Positions 29,201 through 37,862 of a DNA stretch of 64,000 nt are shown one piece after another; position 1 is the first letter of the stretch; each line of letters opens with the position of its first letter. A program made the position numbers and the translations under genes. The notes under the pieces were generated by a model that worked only from the letters and a program-made list of their open reading frames with translations, was not told where the DNA came from and did not search any database. Origin of the DNA: a virus (lineage: Duplodnaviria > Caudoviricetes); the IMG/VR virus record IMGVR_UViG_2599185359_000001, positions 32,001 to 96,000 of that record, one strand, 5' to 3'.

Positions 29201-29685
29201 CGAACGCGCTGCGCGAGGTCAGACATCGCTTTGAGCATGTCGTCGCGCTGTGCGACGCTCTCAAGGTCACCGGTGCTTATGACGAGACAGTCATCGTCTA
29301 GCGTCGACGCGAGATCGTCCCAGGTGACCCGCGGGACGAAGTAGAAGCGGTCAGCGTCGAACCCGCGGGTAAGCAGGCGGTAGAGCGACCGCATGCCCTC
29401 GTCGTTGGTGGGGTAGAGCTTGAGGAAGCATGCTGTCTCGCGCTCGCTTTTGTCGCGGCCAGCGTCCTCCTCCATGATCACGCGGACGCGCACGCCGGCG
29501 AGGAGCCGCTTGTCGAGCTTGCCCAGCTTCTTCGTCGCCTCCACCACGGAGGAGATCGTCATAGTGTCGCAGATGCCAACGACGTCAGCGCCCGCCTTCT
29601 CGGCCACGGCCGGCAGATCGTCGATGCCCAGGATGGACTCGCCAAGGGAGAAGTCGGTGCGCACACCGAGCAGGGGGTGGATCAT
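26266..29685 (-). CDS. dnaE: DNA polymerase III alpha subunit with C-terminal UDG-like domain
   Basis: PHP N-terminus RTDFSLGES, GPGRGSVGGSLVAY, PDADLDF, KLDVLGL and YAFNRSHA. Confidence 0.95.
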   Translation of the reverse strand: MIHPLLGVRTDFSLGESILGIDDLPAVAEKAGADVVGICDTMTISSVVEATKKLGKLDKRLLAGVRVRVIMEEDAGRDKSERETACFLKLYPTNDEGMRSLYRLLTRGFDADRFYFVPRVTWDDLASTLDDDCLVISTGDLESVAQRDDMLKAMSDLAQRVRFVARFYELVPSDTPYFSRQNHRVIDWAKLNGCFSAMPEWEPLVVQPAFWLDHDDDAYSCNAGIADRRPYSDYLQPVPRYQPHTVKELAAATVRASNAVADRYGRNWGAEFKRGLMNTERLVELAEYKWAKLDPSLPSLANDPDEELKRLCKEGWSDRFTAPIFAHQPSPAELKAEYLPRLQFELDTLRRLGFAPYFLLVSDLVRWSKSKGIYVGPGRGSVGGSLVAYLVGITDVDPIRFKLLFERFINPDRLDLPDADLDFMSTRREEVIAYLADRYGAENVAGIVNYNTMGARGAIRDVARIYGLPQDQLGATKFIGDTHGVSAGLKDAFETTHEIQVFAEQFPHIWDRALKLEGKMRAYGTHAGGVVVAGEPLTKRAVVEKRGDARVINWDKRVSEEQGLIKLDVLGLSTLDMFDQALKLIFQRRNVRVDINKLPLDDEATLAIFSGAKTAGVFQFEGGSVRRLLKEMAKTASLSFEDLVALNALNRPGPLDAGITEAYIRRRAGTEAVSYPWPSLKPILEDTYGVIAYQEQVMQIARVLCGFTPGEADVLRKAMGKKDPVMMAQQRDKFVQGAVDTSGMPDTDADRLFTDIEGFAGYAFNRSHAVEYTLIAYQAAYLKAHYLVEFYTASMGIADSDKLASIVKQAAKDEIRVIPPDVNISTGQFEPLNDCIIIAPLSAVKNVSEKGASAIMAARSDPNPVVVESSTGRRKNKVTTTETFGPGRFVSMEDFKARVPSRAVNSKAIDHLDRVGAFARIVPGQAKSTDPSRQRDQIELMPAISDQGVVATRDIPVDDLVADTVVQVVEDMMANLGEAAVPCELGRAPKFMVILDAPFNDYEELKHQFSYVNYVAPSLHDAGMRLDDAVWTWVLRRPLKKGERDLPAKEVADSLPYLYREIAAMKPPVIVLLGPQAIKTFYPDLKGLADHVGRKTYSAELDATVIVGFKPTQIYHDASKREALTKVFSEVRALVDNSC

Positions 29686-30239
29686 TTCAGCTCCAAGGTT
29701 GCACCGTTGCGCTGCACGCGCTTGCACACGGTGAGAATAGAAACGGTCGCGTAGGTGCTGCGCTGCGCGTTCTGAGCGCTGAGCGAGAAGCTTTGCGCGA
29801 TGCACGCGGTCAATTCGCGCATCGTGTGCGGTCGCTCTCGCAGCGCGCTGATGACGGCCGCCATGATGCGGTTCACGCCGGCCACGACTTCGATATGCGC
29901 GTGCCGCGGGTCGATGCGATTACGAACCATTTTGTCGATTGTGGAATGCGCTCGCAGATCCAGGTGCGTCTTGAGCGCCATCACGCCTTCTTCGTCCGGC
30001 ATCGGGGCGGGCGGGGTTGGCTCGGGCTTCTTGCGAGCAGCTGCCTTCTCGGCGCGCGTCTTCCAAGCCTCACTCATTTTCTTACCCGTGCCGTCGCTGA
30101 AGCGATCAAGCAGGCGCATCATCTGCGGCCGACGCTTGTCTACCATAGTGGCACAGTCGGCGTGCGCCGCGCACGCGGTGCAGTTCGGCGAGCCCGCGTC
30201 GAACGCGAGCGAGGAGCCGAAGCAACCAGGGGCGGGCAT
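29682..30239 (-). CDS. hypothetical protein with N-terminal Cys cluster and putative winged helix
   Basis: GCFG........C..C.....C motif. Confidence 0.7.
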   Translation of the reverse strand: MPAPGCFGSSLAFDAGSPNCTACAAHADCATMVDKRRPQMMRLLDRFSDGTGKKMSEAWKTRAEKAAARKKPEPTPPAPMPDEEGVMALKTHLDLRAHSTIDKMVRNRIDPRHAHIEVVAGVNRIMAAVISALRERPHTMRELTACIAQSFSLSAQNAQRSTYATVSILTVCKRVQRNGATLELK

Positions 30240-30266
30240 GTGTGTCACCTTGCACGGATCCAGATC

Positions 30267-30294
30267 AAAAAGGTGGGCGACATTCCTGTCGCCC
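30267..30294 (-). terminator. terminator after the AAA+ gene
   Basis: GGGCGACA/TGTCGCCC hairpin with a T5 tract on the minus strand. Confidence 0.55.
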
Positions 30295-30335
30295 GAGGTG
30301 AGGAGCCGAAGGTGAGCGCCTTCGACGGGAGTTGC

Positions 30336-31577
30336 TTATCCGAAGATGCGTTGCGCGGTCTGACGCACGGCCTCGGCCTGCGTGGAGTCCAGGCGATTTG
30401 CGTAGGCGAGCTCGATGCCCTTGCGGAACGCGCCGCCCTTGATCATGCCGATCATGGTCGCGCGGATCGATTCACGCGGTGAGATCGGGAGCGACAGTTC
30501 GCCATTGCCGTACATCTGGCGGATGCGGCTGGCGAAATCGACCATCTTCTCCGCGACGTCCTGGCTGACGCCGACGCGCTGCTTCAGGATTTCGATTTCC
30601 GTCTTCGTCTCGGGATAGTGGACCTGGATGGTCACGCCAAAGCGTGAGTAGGCGGCGGCGTTGCCGATCTTGGTGCCGCTGTAGAGACCGGTATCGTCGC
30701 CCGAGCCGTTGGTGTTGCCCGTCGCGATGAAGCGGAAATTCGGGTGCGGCTTGACCAGACGCTGATGGGGAGGGGCCTCCTTGATGTAGAGCGGCTTGCC
30801 CTCGAGGATCGGCTGATAGACCGCGATCACGGCGGGGTGCGCGAAGTCGTATTCGTCGGCGACATATACCCAGCCGCGCATCATGGCCTCGGCGAGGGGG
30901 CCGTAATCGAACTCGGTGCCCCCGTTGCGGACGACCATCTGCCCGATGATGTGCGCCTCTTCGGTGGTGTCGGTGTGCTGGACACGGACCCAGGGACGAT
31001 GGAGGCGGGCGCAAATCTGCTCGACCAGCGACGTCTTGCCGGTGCCGTGCATCCCCCAGGCGAGCAGCGGGAAGTTGAGCTGCACGGCCATCACGGCATC
31101 CTTGAGCTCTTCGGCGCGGAAGACGTAGCTGTCGTCGATCGCCGGCACCGCCTCGGCATCGGAGACGTCCAGGTTTTGCATCACGTCGATCTGGATGGGG
31201 TCACCCTGCGACGCGCCGCGCTTGGGCGGCGAGCGAAGCTCGTCGGTCAGCGGCATGTCGAACACCTCGAACATGGGCTTCTTGACGGTCGTGCCCGGCT
31301 GGGTGAACGGGAGAACCTTGGCCGCCATCTTCTGGCTGGCCTCGTCCTGGGCGCGACGCTCAGCGGCCCGCCGGGCGGCGGCCTCTTCGAACGTTTTGCT
31401 TTTGGTCGGCGCTTCGGGGTAGTCCGCCTTGTACTTCTGCTCCGTGACGCCAGGATGGGCGTTCGCGAGATGCTTGGGGATGAAGTGCTCGGCCGATCCG
31501 CAGATCTGGCAGAGGACCTTATCGCCGGCTGCGTCGTAATAGCCTTCAGGCTGCTTGAGTGCGGTCGCGGTGCTCAT
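30336..31577 (-). CDS. CobS/MoxR-like AAA+ ATPase with N-terminal C2H2 zinc finger
   Basis: CQIC...H....H, Walker A GMHGTGKT, Walker B YVADEYD and HPNFRFIATGNT. Confidence 0.9.
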   Translation of the reverse strand: MSTATALKQPEGYYDAAGDKVLCQICGSAEHFIPKHLANAHPGVTEQKYKADYPEAPTKSKTFEEAAARRAAERRAQDEASQKMAAKVLPFTQPGTTVKKPMFEVFDMPLTDELRSPPKRGASQGDPIQIDVMQNLDVSDAEAVPAIDDSYVFRAEELKDAVMAVQLNFPLLAWGMHGTGKTSLVEQICARLHRPWVRVQHTDTTEEAHIIGQMVVRNGGTEFDYGPLAEAMMRGWVYVADEYDFAHPAVIAVYQPILEGKPLYIKEAPPHQRLVKPHPNFRFIATGNTNGSGDDTGLYSGTKIGNAAAYSRFGVTIQVHYPETKTEIEILKQRVGVSQDVAEKMVDFASRIRQMYGNGELSLPISPRESIRATMIGMIKGGAFRKGIELAYANRLDSTQAEAVRQTAQRIFG

Positions 31578-31675
31578 TTCTCACTCCTCAGTGCGCTTTT
31601 GCGCTTTCGATGTGTGTCAGTTACCACACGCACAAACCAATTCAAGCGGGAATGTGTGTGGCAGTTCGCATTGGA

Positions 31676-33115
31676 TCAGCCGACAATGAAGCGCTTTAGC
31701 AGCGCCAGCAGCTGCCGGGGCATCTCGTTGACATCGTTGATGACGATGGCGTTGCTGTAATAGGCGGTGGGGCCTGCATGCTGAATGCCCACGCCTACCA
31801 GGTCGATGCCCGAGGCCTCGATCGCCTTCACCACCTGGCGGGACTGCCGGGCATAGGCGCCATAGTCTTCCGCGCTGCGGGCTTCAAAGACCAGGCTGCC
31901 CGGCTCGCCGTCGGTCATGCAGATGAGGATCTTGCGGCGCTCCTTACGCTGCAGAAGGCGACGGGCTGCGAACTCAAGGCCACAACCTTCCGGCGTGTAA
32001 CCCATGTTGTACCCGCATGCGCCGGTTTGGCCGCGTGAGTTGTGAACATGCCCGAAACGCCGCATCACCGGGATCGTCCAACGCTCCTCGAACGCCTTGA
32101 ACTTCGGCATCACGATCGGGAACATGCGGTGAATCTTCGCAACCTCGTCCGCGGCGCGCACCTCCTGCAGGTAGCCATGTTCGCGGACGCGCGGATCCTC
32201 CGTTTTGTCGGTAAAGCCCAGGCACTCGAACGCGATGCCGAGTTTCGCGAGGACCGAACCAAGCGCGTATGAGGCCTCCGTGGCAAGCACGGTGCGGGCG
32301 CCGTTCATTGACCCGGAGCAGTCGATCAACAGCGACAAGGCGGTGTCGAGGCTCTCCGCCTCCTGCCGGCGCGTGAATACACGGTCGTCATTCGCCATGA
32401 TGCGGTGCAGGTTCGGCCCATGCAGCCGGCCGGAACGCATGCCCGGCACGCGCTTGACCTGGCTACGGGCGGCGATCAGCCGGCGGAGATCCTTCTGCAG
32501 CGGCCCCGTCGCCGATGCGACCTTCTGATCGATACCTTCGAGGCTCACCTGATCGGGAATGGCGATGTCGACCATGGCGTCAAAGTCTCGCGTGAAGACG
32601 CGGAACTCTTCGCCAGCGGCATCCTCGATCTGCTTGCGGATGAACTCCTGCATCAAGGCGTCCATGTCCTTGATCTGAGAGGCGTCAACCTCGATGATCT
32701 TGTCGTCTTCCTCCTCGCGCTCGCTTTCAAAGTCGCCGCCGTGGTTCGTGTTGCTGACGTCCGGCCTGCGCGAGCCTGCGTCGACCGGGATGCTGCCGAA
32801 CGGGAAATCCTCGAGGTCTTCGTCCTGCTCGTCCTCGGCGTCTTCCTCGTCGGTGTCGCTGGGGCGGCGGCGCGGGCCGTCCTCGTCGTTATCGAGGTCG
32901 GTGTCGAAGTCGATTTCGGCGCCATCGTCCTGGTAGTCCCAGTTCTCGAGCATGCTCTCGAGCCACTTGGCGTCTTCAACATAGCTGCGGAACTCAGGAT
33001 CGCCGGCGACGTAGCGGTTCATCGCCGCGACGTGTTCGGGCGGCCAGAAGGTTTCGTCGGGACCACACTCGTCGATGAGGTCCATCGCTTCGTTGACGGA
33101 GAGCTTCATAATCAA
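31676..33115 (-). CDS. CobT C-terminal-like VWA protein with N-terminal anti-sigma-like domain
   Basis: MIDAS DCSGS and MTDGEP; N-terminal LIDECGPD..FWP motif; acidic linker. Confidence 0.85.
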   Translation of the reverse strand: MIMKLSVNEAMDLIDECGPDETFWPPEHVAAMNRYVAGDPEFRSYVEDAKWLESMLENWDYQDDGAEIDFDTDLDNDEDGPRRRPSDTDEEDAEDEQDEDLEDFPFGSIPVDAGSRRPDVSNTNHGGDFESEREEEDDKIIEVDASQIKDMDALMQEFIRKQIEDAAGEEFRVFTRDFDAMVDIAIPDQVSLEGIDQKVASATGPLQKDLRRLIAARSQVKRVPGMRSGRLHGPNLHRIMANDDRVFTRRQEAESLDTALSLLIDCSGSMNGARTVLATEASYALGSVLAKLGIAFECLGFTDKTEDPRVREHGYLQEVRAADEVAKIHRMFPIVMPKFKAFEERWTIPVMRRFGHVHNSRGQTGACGYNMGYTPEGCGLEFAARRLLQRKERRKILICMTDGEPGSLVFEARSAEDYGAYARQSRQVVKAIEASGIDLVGVGIQHAGPTAYYSNAIVINDVNEMPRQLLALLKRFIVG

Positions 33116-34404
33116 TTCCGCGATCCCTTCATCAGCTGCCCCAGGCGGCGGCGTGCATTGCGCAGCATGCCCGAAACTTCACTTTCCGACTTGCTCATCT
33201 CCTTCGAGATTTCACTCACCGACATCTTGCGTTGCTTATACAGAAATAGAGCTTTGCGTTCAGTGGGATCTAGTTGCTTCAGCGCGTCCGTGATCGAGAG
33301 ACCGCTTTTCCCGCTGCCCGGGCGATCGCCTTCATCTTGGTCATCGGCGTCCCCATCATCTGCTTCTCCGGCGCTAACTTCCGAGTCGTCATCGGCGGCA
33401 TCGCGGTCGTCTTCCCCGCTTTCGCCCTCGCCATGGTCGTCCGACGAACCGTCGCCTTCATCGTCCCCGCCGGTGCCCGCGCAGCTATCGGCGTCATCGC
33501 CATCTTCACCGTCGCTCTGACCTTCGCCGTCTCCGTGACCCTCTGCGTCGCCTTCGTCCTCGGCGCTTTCGTTCTGCCCCTGGTCGTCGGAGGCATCTTC
33601 TGCATCCGGGGTGTCGTCGGCGTCTTCATCCGAGGTGTCGTCCGAGGTGTCGTCGGCGTCTTCGTCTGCGGGATCGGGCGACGACGGTGCCGGCGGAGGC
33701 GGCGCCTTCTCTTCGCCCTTCTCGGGCTCGGGCTCGGGCTTGGGCTCGCGCTTGGGCGGCTTCATCGCCTCCAGCATCGCCTCGACGATCTCTTCGACGT
33801 CGTCGAAGGTCTCCATCGCCTTGAGGCGCCGGGAGAGATCGGGCAGGCGGCTTAGCAGCGGCATGAAGTGCGGCCAAAGCTTGTGAGCGTCCATATGCTC
33901 CTGAAAAGCCTTCTGACCGGCCAGCGCGCGCATTGCGGCCACCATGACCCCGCCGAGCGCCTGGCCGGCATCGCCAGAGGCAAGCGCCTTCTCGATCGCG
34001 GGATGGATCATGGTCGGGATGAACTGCTCGTACATCCGCTCGAGATTCTCTTTGGTGCCCGGCAGATCGCGCGGGAGAAGCTTCTCAAGCCGGATGTCCT
34101 CCACGATATTGATGAGCGCTGCGGCCTTTGCCGTCCGGCCGGCCTTCGTCGCGCGAGCGAACGGGGTATAGAAGATGTGGCCGACCTCATGGTCGAGGTA
34201 ACCGTGGATCGCCGCGAGCAGCTCGTCCGACGCGTTGTCGTTCAACTCGGGCAGCACCAGCTTGAGCGCCTTGTTGCCCTTGGTAGCGACATAGGGCTGG
34301 TGGCCGCGGAATTGTACCGCGATGCCGTCCCGCGTGAGGAGCCGAACGGTCTTCGCCAGCGAGTCGCGATGCGACACTGCCTTCAACGCTCCCGGTGCGC
34401 TCAT
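33112..34404 (-). CDS. CobT N-terminal-like HExxH protein with C-terminal sigma70 region-4 HTH
   Basis: YLDHEVGH, NIVEDIRLE, acidic linker and C-terminal ALKQLDPTERKAL...SVSEIS..M..S...V...L..ARRRL; GGAGG RBS. Confidence 0.85.
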   Translation of the reverse strand: MSAPGALKAVSHRDSLAKTVRLLTRDGIAVQFRGHQPYVATKGNKALKLVLPELNDNASDELLAAIHGYLDHEVGHIFYTPFARATKAGRTAKAAALINIVEDIRLEKLLPRDLPGTKENLERMYEQFIPTMIHPAIEKALASGDAGQALGGVMVAAMRALAGQKAFQEHMDAHKLWPHFMPLLSRLPDLSRRLKAMETFDDVEEIVEAMLEAMKPPKREPKPEPEPEKGEEKAPPPPAPSSPDPADEDADDTSDDTSDEDADDTPDAEDASDDQGQNESAEDEGDAEGHGDGEGQSDGEDGDDADSCAGTGGDDEGDGSSDDHGEGESGEDDRDAADDDSEVSAGEADDGDADDQDEGDRPGSGKSGLSITDALKQLDPTERKALFLYKQRKMSVSEISKEMSKSESEVSGMLRNARRRLGQLMKGSRN

Positions 34405-34446
34405 CGTTGCTCCTCCATGTGTGTGTTGCTCTGCATACGATCGCGA

Positions 34447-34492
34447 TAAAGAAAGAGCGCGAAGCAGTCTAGTGGCTTCGCGCTCTTCTTTT
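34447..34492. terminator. bidirectional terminator-like hairpin
   Basis: AAGAGCGCGAAGC/GCTTCGCGCTCTT inverted repeat flanked by A- and T-rich tracts. Confidence 0.65.
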
Positions 34493-34542
34493 GTGTCATG
34501 CTTTGGCAGCGAGCTCTTCAGCGACACCGCTTGCGATCGGTG

Positions 34543-35118
34543 TCAGAGCTTCGCCAGGAACTCGTCGAGCGCCTTCCGCTGTACCGGCGTAAGACCCGCC
34601 GGGTGGTGGTTGCGGATCGCCTCGACGATCGGCACTTCGCCCAGGCTCATCCAGCGACGCGACGGATTACGATCGGTCACAACGTCACGCAGCACATTCA
34701 CGACATTCTGCGGCAGGCTGTCGAGCTCGGCGCCGGCCAGCGCCTCCAGGTCGGTCGCTACGAAGCTGTCGCTACCCTTCGCCTTGGGGGCGGCCCGGGC
34801 GCCAGAGAGCATGCGCGCCCAGTCGATTTCGGGGTGCCGCTGCTCGAGCACAGCCATGATGAAATCGCCAGCGTTGAGCTTGAGAACGCGAGCAATGTCC
34901 GGGGCACGATCGATGGGAATGGGCACGCGGCCGGCGGCCATGTGCGACAGCACCACGGCCGTCTTGTAGTTCAACAGCTTTGCGACGGCGCGCTGGTTCC
35001 ACTGCTTCTCACGCTCGACCTGATTAAGGCCGTCCGCGAGCATTTTGGTAGCACGGGTGTGCTGAAAGGGGTAATCACCCTCCGCTGCGTTCAGATTGAT
35101 TGCCGTCGTTACTGCCAT
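34543..35118 (-). CDS. putative phage repressor (HTH)
   Basis: NQRAVAKLLNYK..VLSHM..GRVPIPIDRAPDIARVL HTH-like segment; preceded by a large regulatory region. Confidence 0.7.
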   Translation of the reverse strand: MAVTTAINLNAAEGDYPFQHTRATKMLADGLNQVEREKQWNQRAVAKLLNYKTAVVLSHMAAGRVPIPIDRAPDIARVLKLNAGDFIMAVLEQRHPEIDWARMLSGARAAPKAKGSDSFVATDLEALAGAELDSLPQNVVNVLRDVVTDRNPSRRWMSLGEVPIVEAIRNHHPAGLTPVQRKALDEFLAKL

Positions 35119-35199
35119 CTTATTTGCCTCCTCGTTGCTGCGTCGCTCGCTGCCTGACGCTGGTGTTAACACACACTTGGTTAGCGACACTGCACACGT

Positions 35200-35205
35200 T
35201 GTCAA
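35200..35205 (-). promoter_or_regulatory. -35 box (TTGACA) of the putative repressor promoter
   Basis: Consensus TTGACA followed by an alpha-type GCTAACCA -10 region. Confidence 0.55.
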
Positions 35206-35238
35206 CAGTGTTACTCTCGCTAACAGGGCATTTCGTCA

Positions 35239-35253
35239 GAACGAAAACAGAAC
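35239..35253. promoter_or_regulatory. alphaproteobacterial LexA (SOS) box
   Basis: GAAC-GAAAACA-GAAC, an exact GAAC-N7-GAAC match. Confidence 0.65.
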
Positions 35254-35374
35254 ATACTGGCTCAGTCACCTCCATTCGCTTGGAAAGCTTCGAAGCCACG
35301 AAATATGTGTCGACATGCACACCAACATGAACGGCATGTTAACGCCTACCATTTCGGGTATGTTTCGGACGGCA

Positions 35375-36463
35375 CTACGCGTAAGGGTTCCGCAATTTGA
35401 TCTTGATCCCCAGTGCCTTCGAATACGGCAATGCTCGATCAATAGCTTTCCTTACGATCTCACCCGCAACCTCGGCCGGATCCTTCCCCCGCGGCAAGAA
35501 GCCGATGCGGACTGCGAAGCCGTAGCGCACCAGTTTTTCAGCGGCTTTGACGGCGCCAGTCAGCGCCGCGCGCTCGCCGTCCCAAAGGATGGTGATGATC
35601 TTGAGCCCTGCCGCCTTTAGCTCCATCAGCGCCTGCAGCTGCGTCGGCATGCCAGGCTCAGCGTCCAAGGTGAGATTCTTGCCGAATGAGCCGATGGCCC
35701 CGATCCCGCGCCAGTTGCGATCGCCGTCTATTGCAGCCTGGATTGCCCAAACGTCGGGCGCGCCTTCCCCCATCACGGCGTGCGCCCAGCCCTCCACCTT
35801 CGCGCGATGGCCGTTATAGAGGTACCTTGCCGTGGAGCTCAGGCGAGCGGGGAAGAGATACTTTGGATCCGCTTTTCCCGTGACATCGCGGCCCTGGAAT
35901 GTGACCAGTTGCCCGCCGAGATCCCGGATGGGGATGATCACACGGCCGGAAAACACCTTGCGCCGGTCATTGCCGTCCTCGTCCTTATAGAAGAACGCTC
36001 CATCGTGACACATCCTTAGCTCGAACGCCGTCTGGATGGCGGCCGAGAAGCCGCGGTCGTTCAGGTAGGGAATGCCCGCGGCGCCGGCGGCCACACTCAT
36101 CGGGAGCTTGAGTGCGCCCGACAATGCGGGGGTTACCTGCTTCCGCACGCGCTGCTTGGGCCGCCAGCCGCCGCCCTTTGCGATCTCGTCAAACTTCGCG
36201 CCAATCGCCTTGTTGTCCTCTGTCGCCAGGTGAGCGGCGGCGAAAGTCCACAGGTTGAATTTCGTGTCGCAAGAGCCGTGGAAGCAGTTGCCGTAGCCCG
36301 AGTCTACTCCCAGGTAGACCTTCCAGCTGGACCCGCCGCACTTGGGGCACTCGCGAATGTTGAACTGGCGCCCGCGGCTGCCAGATGTCTGGCGATATTC
36401 GATCCCCTCATATTCAAGGAAGTCTTCCGGCGTGACGTTCTGGTAGCCGCTATCGCCGTTCAT
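35375..36463 (-). CDS. DNA primase (zinc ribbon plus TOPRIM)
   Basis: CPKC...CFHGSC, RVIIPI, FQGR, GEG..D and LWDGE motifs. Confidence 0.9.
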   Translation of the reverse strand: MNGDSGYQNVTPEDFLEYEGIEYRQTSGSRGRQFNIRECPKCGGSSWKVYLGVDSGYGNCFHGSCDTKFNLWTFAAAHLATEDNKAIGAKFDEIAKGGGWRPKQRVRKQVTPALSGALKLPMSVAAGAAGIPYLNDRGFSAAIQTAFELRMCHDGAFFYKDEDGNDRRKVFSGRVIIPIRDLGGQLVTFQGRDVTGKADPKYLFPARLSSTARYLYNGHRAKVEGWAHAVMGEGAPDVWAIQAAIDGDRNWRGIGAIGSFGKNLTLDAEPGMPTQLQALMELKAAGLKIITILWDGERAALTGAVKAAEKLVRYGFAVRIGFLPRGKDPAEVAGEIVRKAIDRALPYSKALGIKIKLRNPYA

Positions 36464-37791
36464 CAGTCGAAGCCCATGAACTCGGTGAGGAACCGCATGC
36501 ACTTCAGGTCCTGCTTGAACCGCATCCGCACACCGCTCTCGGCGTTTCGCATTTCGGAGAAGTAGAGAACCACCTCACCGTTCGCGCGCTCGTCGACCGA
36601 CTGGTTGATGGTGATCAGCACGTCGGCCGTGCGGACCACTTCGTAATCGTCGGCCGCGTCAGTGCCGTCCGAGACGTTTCGCTGCGCCTTCTGAGTGCCG
36701 GTGCGGTTGGTCTGGTAGCCGGTGATGACCGCGGCGTTGAAGGTGGTCCCCATCGCGCGCAAGTCCTGACCGACTTCGGCCAAGCCGAACCGCTTGTCCT
36801 GGTACTGCTGCTCCGGCCTCATGATGCCCAGGTAGTCGACGACGATCAGGTCATAGTCCTGGCCGTTCGCCTGCTTCTTCTTCAGGATGCGGACGAGCTC
36901 AGAGACCTTGAGCGTGCGGATCGGGAACGCCTGGACGTCGAAGACGCCGAGGCCGGGCTTCTTCTCCCATGCCTCGAGCGCGGCATCGACTTCGGCCTGG
37001 CGCTGGACCAGCTCCTTGAAGGCCACACCAGAGACGTTCGCGTCGCTGCGATCCTCGATGATGTCCTCAGAGACTTCGCAGCTGGCATAGAAGACGCGGA
37101 AGCCCGCCTCGGCCGCCTTGAGCGCGAAGGTGATCATCGAGGCGGTCTTGCCCGACTTCGGCGGCCCCATGAGGATATTCAGCTCCTTGCGACCCCAGCC
37201 GCGGTGCGGCGTCAGCTGGTTGTCGAGCTCGGGGAAGCCGGTGGTGATGCCGCCGTTCGTGTAGCCGCCTGCTGCTGCCTGCGCGCGCCGCTGCTGACGG
37301 TTCGCGCGCCCCGACGTGAAGGTGCGCGCCACCTGCGCGTCCGTCGCGCCGACCTGCTTCGCCTCCTCAATTGCGGCGAGCCCCTTGAAGATCTTGGTCT
37401 GATCTTGGCTATCCAGCGCGTCAGCGAGGCCCATTGTGGCGTTCTCGAGCGCGGCGTGGCGGGCGAAATCGGCGATGGTGTCGATCACGAACTGTCGGTC
37501 GGCCAGCGGATCGCGGTGCAGCACGCCGAGAAGCCGCTTCACCTCATCGAAGTCGGCGATCTTCACCTTCTTCGCAGCGACGAGGCGCTTCATCACCTGC
37601 ACATAGGTCTGCAGGGTGGGGCAGTGGCCGTATTTCTCCAGGTAGATCTTCTGGATCGCGACGATCGCGGCGAGGGACTCGTTCTCGAAATACTCGGGCA
37701 GCACCAGGCCGCCGACCGATTGCACGAACACGTTGTCGCGCAGATAGTGGGCAGCAAGCTGCTCCTGAAAGGCTTGATCGAACTGAGACAT
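36463..37791 (-). CDS. dnaB: DnaB-like replicative helicase
   Basis: ITTGF.ELD, GPPKSGKT, IVVDYL and QTNR motifs. Confidence 0.9.
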   Translation of the reverse strand: MSQFDQAFQEQLAAHYLRDNVFVQSVGGLVLPEYFENESLAAIVAIQKIYLEKYGHCPTLQTYVQVMKRLVAAKKVKIADFDEVKRLLGVLHRDPLADRQFVIDTIADFARHAALENATMGLADALDSQDQTKIFKGLAAIEEAKQVGATDAQVARTFTSGRANRQQRRAQAAAGGYTNGGITTGFPELDNQLTPHRGWGRKELNILMGPPKSGKTASMITFALKAAEAGFRVFYASCEVSEDIIEDRSDANVSGVAFKELVQRQAEVDAALEAWEKKPGLGVFDVQAFPIRTLKVSELVRILKKKQANGQDYDLIVVDYLGIMRPEQQYQDKRFGLAEVGQDLRAMGTTFNAAVITGYQTNRTGTQKAQRNVSDGTDAADDYEVVRTADVLITINQSVDERANGEVVLYFSEMRNAESGVRMRFKQDLKCMRFLTEFMGFD

Positions 37792-37814
37792 GAACCCTCT
37801 GGTGTGTGTCACTT

Positions 37815-37843
37815 CGCATACGCTGCAGGGTGCGATGCGTCAA
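37815..37843 (-). promoter_or_regulatory. putative promoter of the helicase-primase operon
   Basis: TTGACG-N17-TATGCG, overlapped by the repeated motif. Confidence 0.55.
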
Positions 37844-37862
37844 TGCGGTTTGCAGCCGCGGA

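Noticed and set aside
13692-29685. Inteins or introns in nrdA, recA or dnaE
   Set aside because: Protein lengths are normal, frames are continuous, and no intein splice motifs or homing endonuclease were seen.
33112-33303. Complete phage sigma factor
   Set aside because: Only a region-4-like segment is present; no region 2 is evident upstream.
30336-34404. Cobalamin biosynthesis (true cobaltochelatase CobST)
   Set aside because: No cobN or other cob genes are present; phage CobS/CobT-like pairs are MoxR-VWA chaperone-type systems.
34405-34527. Longer upstream starts from the ORF track (34527, and likewise 29805, 19408, 15791 and 44680)
   Set aside because: The extensions run through terminators, motif sites or upstream genes; downstream ATGs have an RBS, coupling or a promoter.
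35160-35185. CtrA box
   Set aside because: TTAA-N7 is followed by TTGG, so at most a half-site.
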